This document shows, in pieces, positions 49,899-61,085 of a stretch of DNA of 64,000 nt. This DNA comes from Adineta vaga. Lineage: Eukaryota > Animalia > Rotifera. A program made the position numbers and the translations under genes. The notes beneath the pieces are model-generated. The model saw only the letters and a program-made list of their open reading frames with translations. It ran no database searches and was not told the DNA's origin. The first letter of the stretch is position 1, and every line of letters starts with the position of its first letter. Where the stretch lies: assembly GCA_021613535.1 (NCBI GenBank), contig CP075492.1, forward strand, positions 11,780,001-11,844,000, in the 5' to 3' direction.

Positions 49899-51146
49899 AT
49901 GATGGAAAGAAAGTCTCGTACAAACACAGTGGAATCATCCATCTTATCTCCTGAAGAAGCAGCGGCAAGTCTAGATCCATTAGTTCAATCGATTAGTATA
50001 GAAGAAGGTGAATCGGTTTATATACGTCGACAATCATCTCTTTTCTATATACCAGTTAGTAAATTAAATGAGAATGATGATAACGATATTCCTGCAAAGA
50101 AGTTCAATATTATTCGAAAATATTTTTCTTATATGGGTCGATGTTCAGGTATTCTATATGCTCTTCTAGCATCGTTACTTTTCTCCTGTTCAAATTTTGC
50201 ATTAGTACAATTGAATGTTCTCCTACTCGATGTACTTGTTGTGCGATTTTCAATCTTAACATTAATTTCATTGGGCTTCATTGTTTACAAAGGTTATAAA
50301 ATCTATCCAGGTTGTAATGGTATACTTCTACTTATTCGTTCATGTTTTGCAGCAGGTGGAAGTATATCTTTCTATTTTGCTCTCTCCTTTATTCCTTTTC
50401 CTGACTTAACAACAGTTCGATATACACAAGTAGTTTGGACTGCATTACTTGCTTTAATTATCTTTCGTGAACGTATTACTTTTCCAACAATAATCGCAAG
50501 TGTATTAACATTGATCGGTGTTGTATGTGTTGCTCAACCATCATTTCTATTTGCCTCATCGAAAATTTTCAATGAAACTTTATCTGAAAATGTAATTACT
50601 AATAAAAGTAAACGACGTTCAATTGGTATGTTAATATCTGTTTCCTGCGCATTAGCAATTTCAATGAGTATTGTTTTAAATAAAAAATTACTTCAAAAAA
50701 ACGTTCGACAAAGTATTATTATGTTCTATTTTCTCTCAACAACTGCTATTCTTCTACTAATTATTCAAACACATTATTGGATATTTTCCAAATCAAAATC
50801 GCAAGAATTCAATTTTCGAAAGATTTTTCTTAATCAAAACTTTATATTAGCTGCAATTATATCTCTTTTACAATTATGTCCAATGGTCTTATCACAGAAA
50901 GCAATTAAACGTGAACATCCTTCCATTGTGACAGTTGTTCAATCATCTGATATTATCTTTGCTATTATTTTACAAAATACATTTACTTCAGTTAAAACAA
51001 ATCCACTCGCATTACTTGGATCACTACTTGTTATTACAAGTATCTTTATCGTCGGAGGTTATAAACTTTGGTTAGATAGACAAAATAGAACGTATATACC
51101 AGCATCTCCACAAGAAGAAATAATCAATGTAGAAATCAAGAAATAA
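49899..51146 (+). CDS. EamA/DMT transporter, SLC35G-like, paralog 1 (intronless)
   Basis: About 10 TM segments; GILYALLASLLFS, IPFPDLTTVRYTQVVWTALLALIIFRER, GVVCVAQPSFLF. Confidence 0.88.
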   Translation: MMERKSRTNTVESSILSPEEAAASLDPLVQSISIEEGESVYIRRQSSLFYIPVSKLNENDDNDIPAKKFNIIRKYFSYMGRCSGILYALLASLLFSCSNFALVQLNVLLLDVLVVRFSILTLISLGFIVYKGYKIYPGCNGILLLIRSCFAAGGSISFYFALSFIPFPDLTTVRYTQVVWTALLALIIFRERITFPTIIASVLTLIGVVCVAQPSFLFASSKIFNETLSENVITNKSKRRSIGMLISVSCALAISMSIVLNKKLLQKNVRQSIIMFYFLSTTAILLLIIQTHYWIFSKSKSQEFNFRKIFLNQNFILAAIISLLQLCPMVLSQKAIKREHPSIVTVVQSSDIIFAIILQNTFTSVKTNPLALLGSLLVITSIFIVGGYKLWLDRQNRTYIPASPQEEIINVEIKK

Positions 51147-51423
51147 CAAGCCAATATGGTATTTTTCTTAGAATTTGAACTGAAATTTTTCGAATAAATC
51201 ACTATAATAAACATGCATTCGCGACATGCTTGAATTTAAAGTAAACGAAAGAAGGAACGTGCATACATAGACGTACTTTGGGTTATAACAGTCAAGGTTG
51301 TTTATGTCGCGTTCATTATTCTTGTTAATGAAGGACGAGAAAAAAGAAAAATAGAGACGATGGTAGCACTATAAAAGAAAGGAAAAGAAAAAGAATAGCA
51401 GGAGAAACAAACCAAACTGTGTC

Positions 51424-52689
51424 ATGAAAAACGACGTATGTGTCAACAATAACATCGATGTACTAACTGACGCCATAAAAACAGACAAAGATATTCCAAT
51501 GAATGAAAATCGTATACATGAAATTGATCCATTCATTCAACCATTGATCGATACAAATGAATTATTAGTTCGAAATGAAACTAAACATGACGATTTGGTC
51601 AATCTTGATAGTAAATCACCATCGATTAAATCTCTACATCTTCAACAAATTCAACGAACAAGTTCATTTTCACAAAATATTCGTCGATGTACTGGAATAT
51701 TCTATGCACTTCTTGGTTCATCTTTATTTACCAGTTCTGGTTTTATTATTAAACAATTACGAGTGGATTTCTTCGATGCATTACTTTGTCGATTTATAAT
51801 TCAAACACTTATTCTTACTATCTTTATTTTTTATAAACGTTATCGAATTCTAACCGGTTCAACGAATTTAATACTTTTACAAATAATTCGTGTTATTTTA
51901 GCTGTATGTGGTCTTTTATTCTTCTATTTAAGTTACCGTTATATTCCGTTACCTGATCTAACTACTTTTCGATATACACAAGTCATATGGACAACACTTC
52001 TAGCAATGATGATATTTCGTGAACGAATTTCGATTCCAACAATTTTTGCTATTATTCTCACATTAATTGGTGTCGTTTGTGTAGCACAACCGACATTTCT
52101 ATTTGGAAATTATCACAACCTATCGACATCTAATCAAACAAGAAATGAAAATTTAAATTATGTAGATTATGAATCAGATAAATCTTATCGAATTTTAGGA
52201 CTATGTCTTGCACTTATTTGTGCCCTATCAATATCAGGAAGTATTGTACTGAATAAGAAATTATTAGTATTAAAAATTCCTCAAAGTGTTCTTATGTTTC
52301 ATTTTTCATGTCTAACATTAATCGTTCTTAGTTGTAATCAATTACGAAATCGTTTCATTCTTCGTACATATACAAATCAATCAATGTTTACTTGGCAATT
52401 TTCTGTTGCTGCAGCTGTTTCATTAGTTCAATTATTATCTTCAACTGTAACACAAAAAGCCATTAAACTCGAACATCCATCACTTATTTCTGTCGTTCAA
52501 TCATCTGATATCTTATTTGCACTTCTCTTACAAAATTTAATTGCTTATGAAAAATCAAATTGGCTAGTTTTACTCGGTTCAGCGCTTGTGACAACAAGTA
52601 TTTTTCTTGTGGGAATACATAAAATATGGAATGATCGAAAAAAATTAGTTGTAGAAGAACAAGTGAATGAAACGAATTTTAAACTGTAG
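51424..52689 (+). CDS. EamA/DMT transporter, SLC35G-like, paralog 2 (intronless)
   Basis: GIFYALLGSSLFT, IPLPDLTTFRYTQVIWTTLLAMMIFRER, GVVCVAQPTFLF; clearly paralogous to the upstream gene. Confidence 0.88.
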   Translation: MKNDVCVNNNIDVLTDAIKTDKDIPMNENRIHEIDPFIQPLIDTNELLVRNETKHDDLVNLDSKSPSIKSLHLQQIQRTSSFSQNIRRCTGIFYALLGSSLFTSSGFIIKQLRVDFFDALLCRFIIQTLILTIFIFYKRYRILTGSTNLILLQIIRVILAVCGLLFFYLSYRYIPLPDLTTFRYTQVIWTTLLAMMIFRERISIPTIFAIILTLIGVVCVAQPTFLFGNYHNLSTSNQTRNENLNYVDYESDKSYRILGLCLALICALSISGSIVLNKKLLVLKIPQSVLMFHFSCLTLIVLSCNQLRNRFILRTYTNQSMFTWQFSVAAAVSLVQLLSSTVTQKAIKLEHPSLISVVQSSDILFALLLQNLIAYEKSNWLVLLGSALVTTSIFLVGIHKIWNDRKKLVVEEQVNETNFKL

Positions 52690-53226
52690 ATACAAATATA
52701 GAAAATTTACCTTTTAAGAATTTTTTATTTGTTAATTAGTATGATCAATTGAATGTTGAGATTTGAGTCTTTCTAAATAAAAATAAATAAAGTTTTCCAT
52801 ACAATAATAACATTAATATACAGAAACGAATGAAATGGTAGCTGTATTTGAGTTTACACACTACCAGATATCGTCTCGCAACGGATCATATGATGTTATA
52901 CGAACAATCATTGATTGATATTCCTTATTTGAAACTATGCCTCCTACTACACTTTTTTTTCTAAACATACCAATTTTCTTCTGTTCAAAAGTTCATTTAT
53001 TTTTGAAATATTCTGCCATTTGTAGGTAACAAGTTCATCTTTGATATTATATAAAATCTAGAATACACGAGATTCAAATCATTGTTGATTTTTTTATTTC
53101 GATTATTATTCATATACTAAACTATGAAGAATTCGTACAATAAAAACAAATGACTAAAAGAAAACGAGATTTCATCAAATAGACTGAGAGTGAAAAGTAG
53201 AAATTTTCATTGATAAATACAATCAT

Positions 53227-56200
53227 TTAAGTATAAGCAGCGGTAAGTCTTTGAAAAAGTGTTTCCTGACGAATTGGATCATTATTATCAGACATTGTTC
53301 CTGTTGATCGCATTGGATAAGAAGATGTATGCACCTATATATTCATGAATACATTTACTATCAATACCATATAATGGTAGAAATTGAATTGTTTCGCCAT
53401 CGAATTCAATTGTAACTAATTTATTTTCCCAATTCACATTCCATGAACGCATTCGTGATATCCACCATGTTTTAAGAATATCTCCTGTCATGGTCATACG
53501 TAACAGACGATTAGCAGCAACACCGAATAGTTCCTAAGAAAGAAAAGAAATTACATATAAAAGAAGAGTTTTTCAAAGTAGTTTTACTTCTTTTTTATTT
53601 GATTCTTTGAATTTTACAACAAATGTTGTTATGCCAAATTCCGGAAGAGCTTGCCATGCTTTTAAGTAACGTAATTTTGCTTCAGTTCCATCTAAATTAC
53701 TTACGGTTGCATGTGCTTCAAGAATGCGTTCAGTTAACTAAAATAAAAGTCATATAATTTAGATAATTAGGTAAATAATCTCAAGACAACATGATAGATG
53801 TGTTTTTCTAATGAATTATTCATTAATCATGCAATCAATATTTGCAAAAATACAAATAATAATTTGGATTTCAAATTAACTAAGATATCGGATATGATAA
53901 TGAAAAAAAATTGGTCGTTTTTCTTCTTATTATCAAAATGAAAAGTCTATGAATTTGTTGTTGAAGTTACTTTGAATCATCTTAGTAGAATAATTATTAT
54001 CTATCACATCAATTTGCATGACGAGTCAGCTGCGTTCATAGAAGAGAAACAAATTCTTTACATTTTGATCTATACTGTCAATCATTATATCAAAACTGTC
54101 TTTTATGATCAATTGTTCATATCTTATCAATAAATGTCAGTTGTAAGTAACAGCTTTAATATTTTTTATTAGTAATCTACATAACAACAGCATTTCTCGT
54201 GATTATATTCATAAACTATGTATGTCATAAAAGAGCACTTGACTTTCTTTTATATCGATCACTGAATTATCATGACAATTGATTAAAATGTATGCATGGT
54301 ATCTGACATGAATATAGATGTCTTTCATTAAATCATGCCTACGTCATGCATATTTTACTATTCGGAAATGCCTTTGTCGATGATTCATGGGATATTCAAT
54401 CGAATCAATCGCTCTAATTATTTCCAGCATATTCAATATTTAATTAAGAAATGAAAAGAAGAGAAAACGAACCTGTTTTGTTTTATATTTTTTAACGAAT
54501 TTATTTGATACGAAATTTTCAGGTTGAATATCAAATTTTGTTTTCACTTGATTAGTTGTTGATGCTGGTCGTTGCATATGAAGTAAAGCTAAGATTGATT
54601 CACGTTCAGTTTCATAGGATGGTTCATTTATGGATCGACCTTTTGAAGCAAGACGAAATGCAGCCATCCATTTAGCATATTGTTCTTCCTAGATAAACAA
54701 AATGCTTTCATTTAAAATATAAAAAATCAATTCACAATATACCGTTGAACAACGAATCAATGTTTCATTCATTCCATCGATAGAGGGTATTAATAGACGA
54801 ATGATATATTTCTTAGATGAAACATTTACATCTGGAAATATTTCACAACCTTTTAAGGAAATTTTTTCGATCGGTGTACTACGTTGTTGACCTTCCGTGG
54901 TATAATAAGCTAATTGAGTATCTCGCATAACAAACCAATAACGTTTAAATGATTTGAAAGTAAATCGACGTGGTTTTAAAAGACGTAAATAATCACAAAG
55001 TTCTTCTGGTGTTGAAAACTGTTGAATTAAAGAACTTGTTGATTGATTCGTTGTCACTTTTGTACCGAGAAGAGAATCTTGAAGACGCTCAAGAGCTCGA
55101 TCAACATCATAATCATTTCCATTATCATATTCATGACCAATATCATCCGTTGGAGATAGATAAGTAGATAATGTTGATGATGAATGAAAAGATTGTATTT
55201 GAATTTGAAGCTAAAGAATTATGTAAAGTGATGAGATAGAAAGAGTTCGTGATACTTGGTAGGTTTTCTTTTAATTCTGAACGATTCAAAACTTCAGATC
55301 AATTGGTAATTATAGCAATGATTTTCATGCTCAACTGCGAGAGAATATAGGTACAATGTTAAGGAAATGGAAGGTCATCAAACAAAGCTAAATCGATAGT
55401 GGTACCTGAACACAGCTTTACTCAGATTGATAATTAACAAATATCAAACAACTAAGAGAATAAACATGGATGAAGTTAAGCTGTTACATATAAATAGTCT
55501 AATTTTCAACAAAAACACTATTGACTTTGTAAAAATTCAATGAGGATATTTACTTGTAAAGCAGCAAATATCATTATTTCTTCTTCTGTACAATCAATTT
55601 CTTCACTAAGAATAGACCATTTTGCTTGTTCATACAACTGATTCAATCTTATGGCATCGAATTTTGGATTTAAATCATAAAAGGTAAAATATTTAAAGCG
55701 TAATAAAATCAAATCATTTTCCTGTGTATTTTGTTCCATTAATGATCTTGATGAATCATACCATAAACTATTAAATACCGATTTTTCAATAACATTATTC
55801 GGTTTATTTAATTGTGGTAAAACATTCTTTATTGGTGTCATTGGTGTTTGAGCAAGATTTCTATCAGTATTTATATCTAAATTATTCAATGATTTCGACA
55901 GATTGGATGCAGAACGATGTTGTCGCATCGATGAATCCTTTAATAAAAACACATAGTTGTAGTTTAGATTTTCTGATCGATTGATTCTTACTGTTGATCG
56001 AAGTTTTGGTGTAGTCGGTGAGAATAAAGTTGACAATGTAGATGTATTATTTGCTAATGAATCTCCCATTGAATTATGTCGATTGAGTGTACCATTAGTA
56101 TTTCGTCGACGACGTGGTGATGTACGACGTTCATGTAATCCCTGTGTATTCGATAATCGAGATGAACGTATTAGGGAAAGTTCTTCAGCATGGCGAATTC

Positions 56201-56695
56201 CTAGATAGAAACAAACGGAACAAAAAAAATGTCATGGTTATTGTATTCGAAAGATAATGAATATTTTATACCAAGATCTTTACAAAGTTTACAAACAGCA
56301 GCAAAAACTGATACAGAAAAGTCAGCTTGTGATGATAGAACACGTAAATCTGGCAATTGCAAACGTATAATTTTATGCATGCTCGTAAAATGAAGTTGAG
56401 CATCGGATTGTACTCCATATTGGTCAAGAGTAGATTTTGTATTCGTCAACCATATATTTGCTTTTGGCCACCAAAGTGCATAATCAGAAAAATCTTGAGA
56501 AACATCTAAATGAATATAACCTAGAAACGATTGAAGAACAAATAAAGCCGAAAAGAACAAACCAAGTCGATTGACAAGTTGAACCATAACAGATCCAATT
56601 GTCATCGAACCATTGACAATAATAATCGTTGAATCGATAGTTAAATTCCATGACAATGGTTGAGGCATTGATCGTTGATTTAATGAGATAGGCAT
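53227..56695 (-). CDS. FERMT: Kindlin / fermitin / UNC-112 (FERM+PH), with an apparent 1-nt frameshift in the last exon
   Basis: SDYALWWP, TLDQYGVQSDAQLHFT, WYDSSRSLMEQ, LRFKYFTFYDLNPK, PH domain KSFKRYWF, WMAAFRLASKG, WQALPEFGIT, SWNVNWE, HEYIGAYIFLS. Confidence 0.95.
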
Positions 56696-57080
56696 ACTTG
56701 ATATTTCTATTCTACTCCATTCACGTAAATCATACAATACAATACGATACGTACGAATTGCTGGTTAAACCTCTTCATTGTTCTTATCCAATCAGAAATC
56801 GTCTGTTCATTATTAGATTATTTATGCCTCCTATCAAATTTTTCTGCGAAAAAAAAAAGTTCTCGATGAAGACAAAAATATTTCTCTTGAAATAAAATAA
56901 ATCAAGATTTGAATTTATTTTCTTGATTTCTATTTCGAAATATTTCTACAAATTTCTTTCTATCTGTCTCATTTATTTAGCGGTACGAACGACAACGGAC
57001 GACTATAGTCCTTTTCTCTTCTCCTTTTTCTCTTTCTCCTTCGATTTTCCATTCTAGATCATTTTCTAATTCGTACCATC

Positions 57081-57584
57081 ATGAGTGATTTCAAAGCTAT
57101 TGGCAAGGCTTTTATCGATTTTTATTATAGTAAATTTGATACAGGTCCACGTGAAGGTGTCGCCGCACTTTACGTAATTATTTTAATCTTATAACTATGT
57201 TCTATGTCCAACTATCGAATCGATTTCTTTTTCTTTTCAAAGGAGCCAAGTAATGGCATGATGAATTTTAATAATGCAGATTTTGCTAAAGGTGCACAAG
57301 AAATTGCTGAAAAATTACGTTCGTTGACATTTCAAAGTATAAGTCATACAGTCTCAACTATGGATATTCAACCAACATATGATAATTGTATTTTAATTGT
57401 TGTTACCGGTGCTTTGAAAGTAAAATAGACAAAGAAAAGTGTTCATAAAATCATATATATATATATATATATTTAGGCAGATAATGATCCACCAATGCAA
57501 TTTACTGAAACGTTTCTCTTACGTTTTATAAATAATTCATGGCTTGTAATCAACAACGTTTTTCGACTTATTCTTCATGGTTGA
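57081..57584 (+). CDS. NUTF2: Nuclear transport factor 2 (3 exons)
   Basis: IGKAFIDFYYSKFD, IAEKLRSLTFQSISH, DIQPT...VTGALK|ADNDPPMQFTETFLL...NNVFRL. Confidence 0.94.
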
Positions 57585-58132
57585 ACAAGAAAATAAAAAG
57601 AGACTTCTTTTCTCTAGTATAATTATTATCTATTCAGAAAAACAAAAAATAAAACTATCTTTTAAGAAACAATGAAATTGTTTATTTACAATTCGTTAGA
57701 AAAACAAAGAACTTTTCATACATTCCTCAACTGAAATAGTTTCATTCAGATATATGAAGAGATCATGGAAGAATATCGTCTCATAATAATCCTGTCTAAT
57801 CCGTTTTTAAATATTTATATAAAATGATTCGATACATGTCAGTAAATCAATCAATGGCAAGAGAGAGAGAAAAAGAGAATATACTATAAAAGCGTTATTC
57901 TTATTTTCTTTTTCGTAGTGTGAAAGCAAAAAGCAATAAATACAAGTGAAATTAGAAAAACAAAAGTTTACAGAGCAACGCTTTAATATTAATTACAAAA
58001 AAAGCATGTTGTATACAAAAGAACAACATTTTATTCGTTAATGACAGAAGAGAAGAAAAGATCATATGAGTTCATCATCATCGATTATTCACTTGTGAAA
58101 TGTATTTGAATTAAAAGAAAATAAAAACAAAT

Positions 58133-58405
58133 TCACAAAAGACAACAGATTTTTGTACGTTTTTCTTTTGCATGATGTGTATTGGCTGTTGTCGGTGGAT
58201 GCGGATTAATTACTACAACAGCTGGATCTTCACCACCACCAAGTAAACCAGTTGAACTTCCATAAGATGTTTGAAATTGATATCCTTTACTTTGTCCAAT
58301 ATTGCCTAAAGCTATTCCGCCAGTTGCAATACTATTCTTTTTATGGTGACCACGTTGTTTTTTCTTGAAAAATTCTTTACTTTGAGATTTACTCATTGGA
58401 TCTGG
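58133..58405 (-). CDS. Terminal exon encoding a polybasic + CCLL CaaX tail (most likely the last exon of the WD40 gene)
   Basis: Acceptor ttcttttatag at 58406, then phase-0 PDPMSKSQSKEFFKKKQRGHHKK...KEKRTKICCLL*. Confidence 0.7.
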   Translation of the reverse strand, partial: PDPMSKSQSKEFFKKKQRGHHKKNSIATGGIALGNIGQSKGYQFQTSYGSSTGLLGGGEDPAVVVINPHPPTTANTHHAKEKRTKICCLL

Positions 58406-58494
58406 CTATAAAAGAAAACAAATTCAAGAAAAATCAATCGATCATTTCATTTCAACTAATCAAAAGGCGAAAAAGCAAAAAAACGACTAGACGA

Positions 58495-60078
58495 CTAAAC
58501 AATATCGCTTTTTCTATCTAAATCATTTAGAACTAAATTATTCGTTAATGTTAATGGCGCTGTCCTAATCTTATAATCAGCTTCAAAACAAGATGAACTA
58601 TGTCGTTTAACAAGTCCTGTTTGGTGACTACTATCAAATGAATATTGTTTTCCAACAACAGGACCAAGTCGAGCACGAGTTAATGGTGTTGAAAAAGAAT
58701 TATGTGAATATTGTCTAGCGTATGCACAACGATGATATGATGTTTGATAAGATGTTTTTTGCACATGTAATGAATGTAAAGAAGTTTTAACCATGCCACA
58801 ACTACTTGTTGAATCTTGTAAAGGAATAGATCCTTGTTGTTGTTGTTGTTGTTGAGTTTGTGAATGAACGATATGTGATGCACCATTGGAACCACTTAAT
58901 TCACTATGACGTCTTGATTCAATGGATGACCAATGAAAGAATCGCCGTCGAAAGATCAGAAATAAGAAATCATATAAGAATTTTTTTAATTCACGTCGAA
59001 ATAATTCTCCTGTAAATGTATATAAATAAAATCCACAACCATGATCAAGATATAATAAAAATCTCATGATTCCATCGGATAAAATTAAATATTTTTTTTC
59101 ATAAGTTAAATATGGTTCAATAACTGAAAAGACTCGTAATGGAAATGTTAATAATAGAAACAGAAATGTTGATACAAATAGAATATATGCTAATTGTGTA
59201 TCACGTGGTGAACGTGTTTGTCTTATACCTAATTGTCTCATTAATATACGTGACCGACATACAGAATAAACTACACTTGCATTAGCGATTAAAATAATAA
59301 TAAATGGTACAAGAGAATTGATAATAAAATCCATCCAAGAGAAATAAAATGTGAGAAAATAATCATAAGTTTGAACGGGTGGTCGAACTAAATTCGAACT
59401 GCACATAATTATTAACTTTGCTTCTGTTTGATTATTTGTTAATAGATCATTATTTTCTTCTTCCGATCCAAAAAAGATTAAATAATGAATATTGAGAAAG
59501 AATAAAATTGTATAGATAAATATCAATGTACAATATGAATGTTTATGATTGAAAACATTTTGATTCCATACAAATCGTTTTGTTACAGCTGCACGTTCAA
59601 GTGAAATGACACAGAGAATCCATACAGCACAATGTGAAAAATAATTTGTAATAAATTTATATGTTCGACAAAGATAGATTGAACGTTGAAGAAAATAAGA
59701 TTGAAATGAATAACGTATCATTAAACGAATACAATTTAATGTAATTAAAATTAAATCCTAAAGAAACTAAATAAGTATATTTTATTATTGAAATGAAAAA
59801 AAAACAATAATAATAATAATAAAACAAGAGCTATACGGCAAACAAAGAATATTTACCATAAAACTTTCGGCAACAAATAAAATTGAACAACCAAATTTTT
59901 GAAATTTCTTTCGTGTAAATATTAATATTGTTAATAATGAACCAATAAAACCAAATGGAAATAATAACCAAGGATAAATACGATGAAAACGTATGACATA
60001 GGCAATCACAGTATCATTGGACATATTTGATGTTGATATCGTATAGAGATTATAATATTCGAAATGTTCGATATTCAT
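58495..60078 (-). CDS. Class A (rhodopsin-like) peptide-receptor-type GPCR, 2 coding exons
   Basis: Exons 60078-59857 and 59757-58495 join in frame; TM1 FPFGFIGSLLTILIFTRK, LCRTYKF, WILCVISLERA, NSLVPFIIILIAN, FLLLTFP, FYLYTFTGELFRRE. Confidence 0.9.
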
Positions 60079-61085
60079 TCTTAGAAGAATTTCCTATCTG
60101 ATATTATCTATATCAAAGATTTAGTCTTTATATTTATTATTCATACTCGCCATGTAATAAACAAGGTTAAATGAAGTCAAGATTTCATATATGTTATCTA
60201 TCTATCGACACTCGATGTCTTTTGTTTCTCTCTTTATTGTCGTTGCTGTCAATACTTTAATAGAGAGATATTTGCCTTGCTCATCTATATACTTCAAAGA
60301 TGTGTTTCTTCGGGGCAAATAGGAGAGAAATTTTACTCTATTTAGTTATATCCCTAATGACTTCAAGTCCTTGATTCTATCTTAGGTCGAATGTTTTTAT
60401 ATGAAATAACTGAAATATACTTTCTAGATCGACAAAAAAAAGCACCTTCGTGATAATTATAGAGAAAAAAGAAGTTTTTGACAAGATCGAAACATGTTAT
60501 GCATCTCGTCAAGTTAGAAAAATGCGAATGAAATGGAAAGAAAAATATGAAATAAATGCTGTTTGTCATGAAGAATAACACGATATTAATGCCATCATGT
60601 TCTACTTAATTACTTAGTAATAATAAGTCAACATAAATATATGGATATATACAAGAGAGTATGAACACATCTCTTGTCATTTCCATGTGTATACAAATGT
60701 ATATATAAAAATTCTAAGACTGTTGTCACTGTCAATGGCGTTGTTACTTTTCTTTTTTTTTTGTCTGTGAGGCATAGTTTTTTCTTTGTCTTTTGTGTTA
60801 ATTAATGGTAATTGTACGACTTATTGTATAGTTTTTTTTCTTCTGCTTTTCTTATTTTATATCAATCGATCAATCTATGATGTGACGTTATGTTGTCTAT
60901 CGGCATGACACATTCATAGAGATTTTTCTTGAAAATAAAACAAGAATGTCTAACATTGATATTCTCAACATGCAACTGTCAAACATGTCGATGATTAGTT
61001 TCCGATTGATGATTTGCGTTAACAATAGTTTCGATTCAAGCTGAGAAGAGAAAATAAATTCATAACTAAGAAAACGGAAACCTAC

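Noticed and set aside
53740-54470. Unusually long kindlin intron as a possible insertion or nested gene
   Set aside because: No ORF, terminal repeats or RNA-gene structure visible by eye.
60897-61085. Read-through C-terminus of the WD40 gene as given by the ORF track
   Set aside because: It looks intron-like after a good donor at 61085, and the in-phase CaaX exon at 58405 is the better terminus (unproven).
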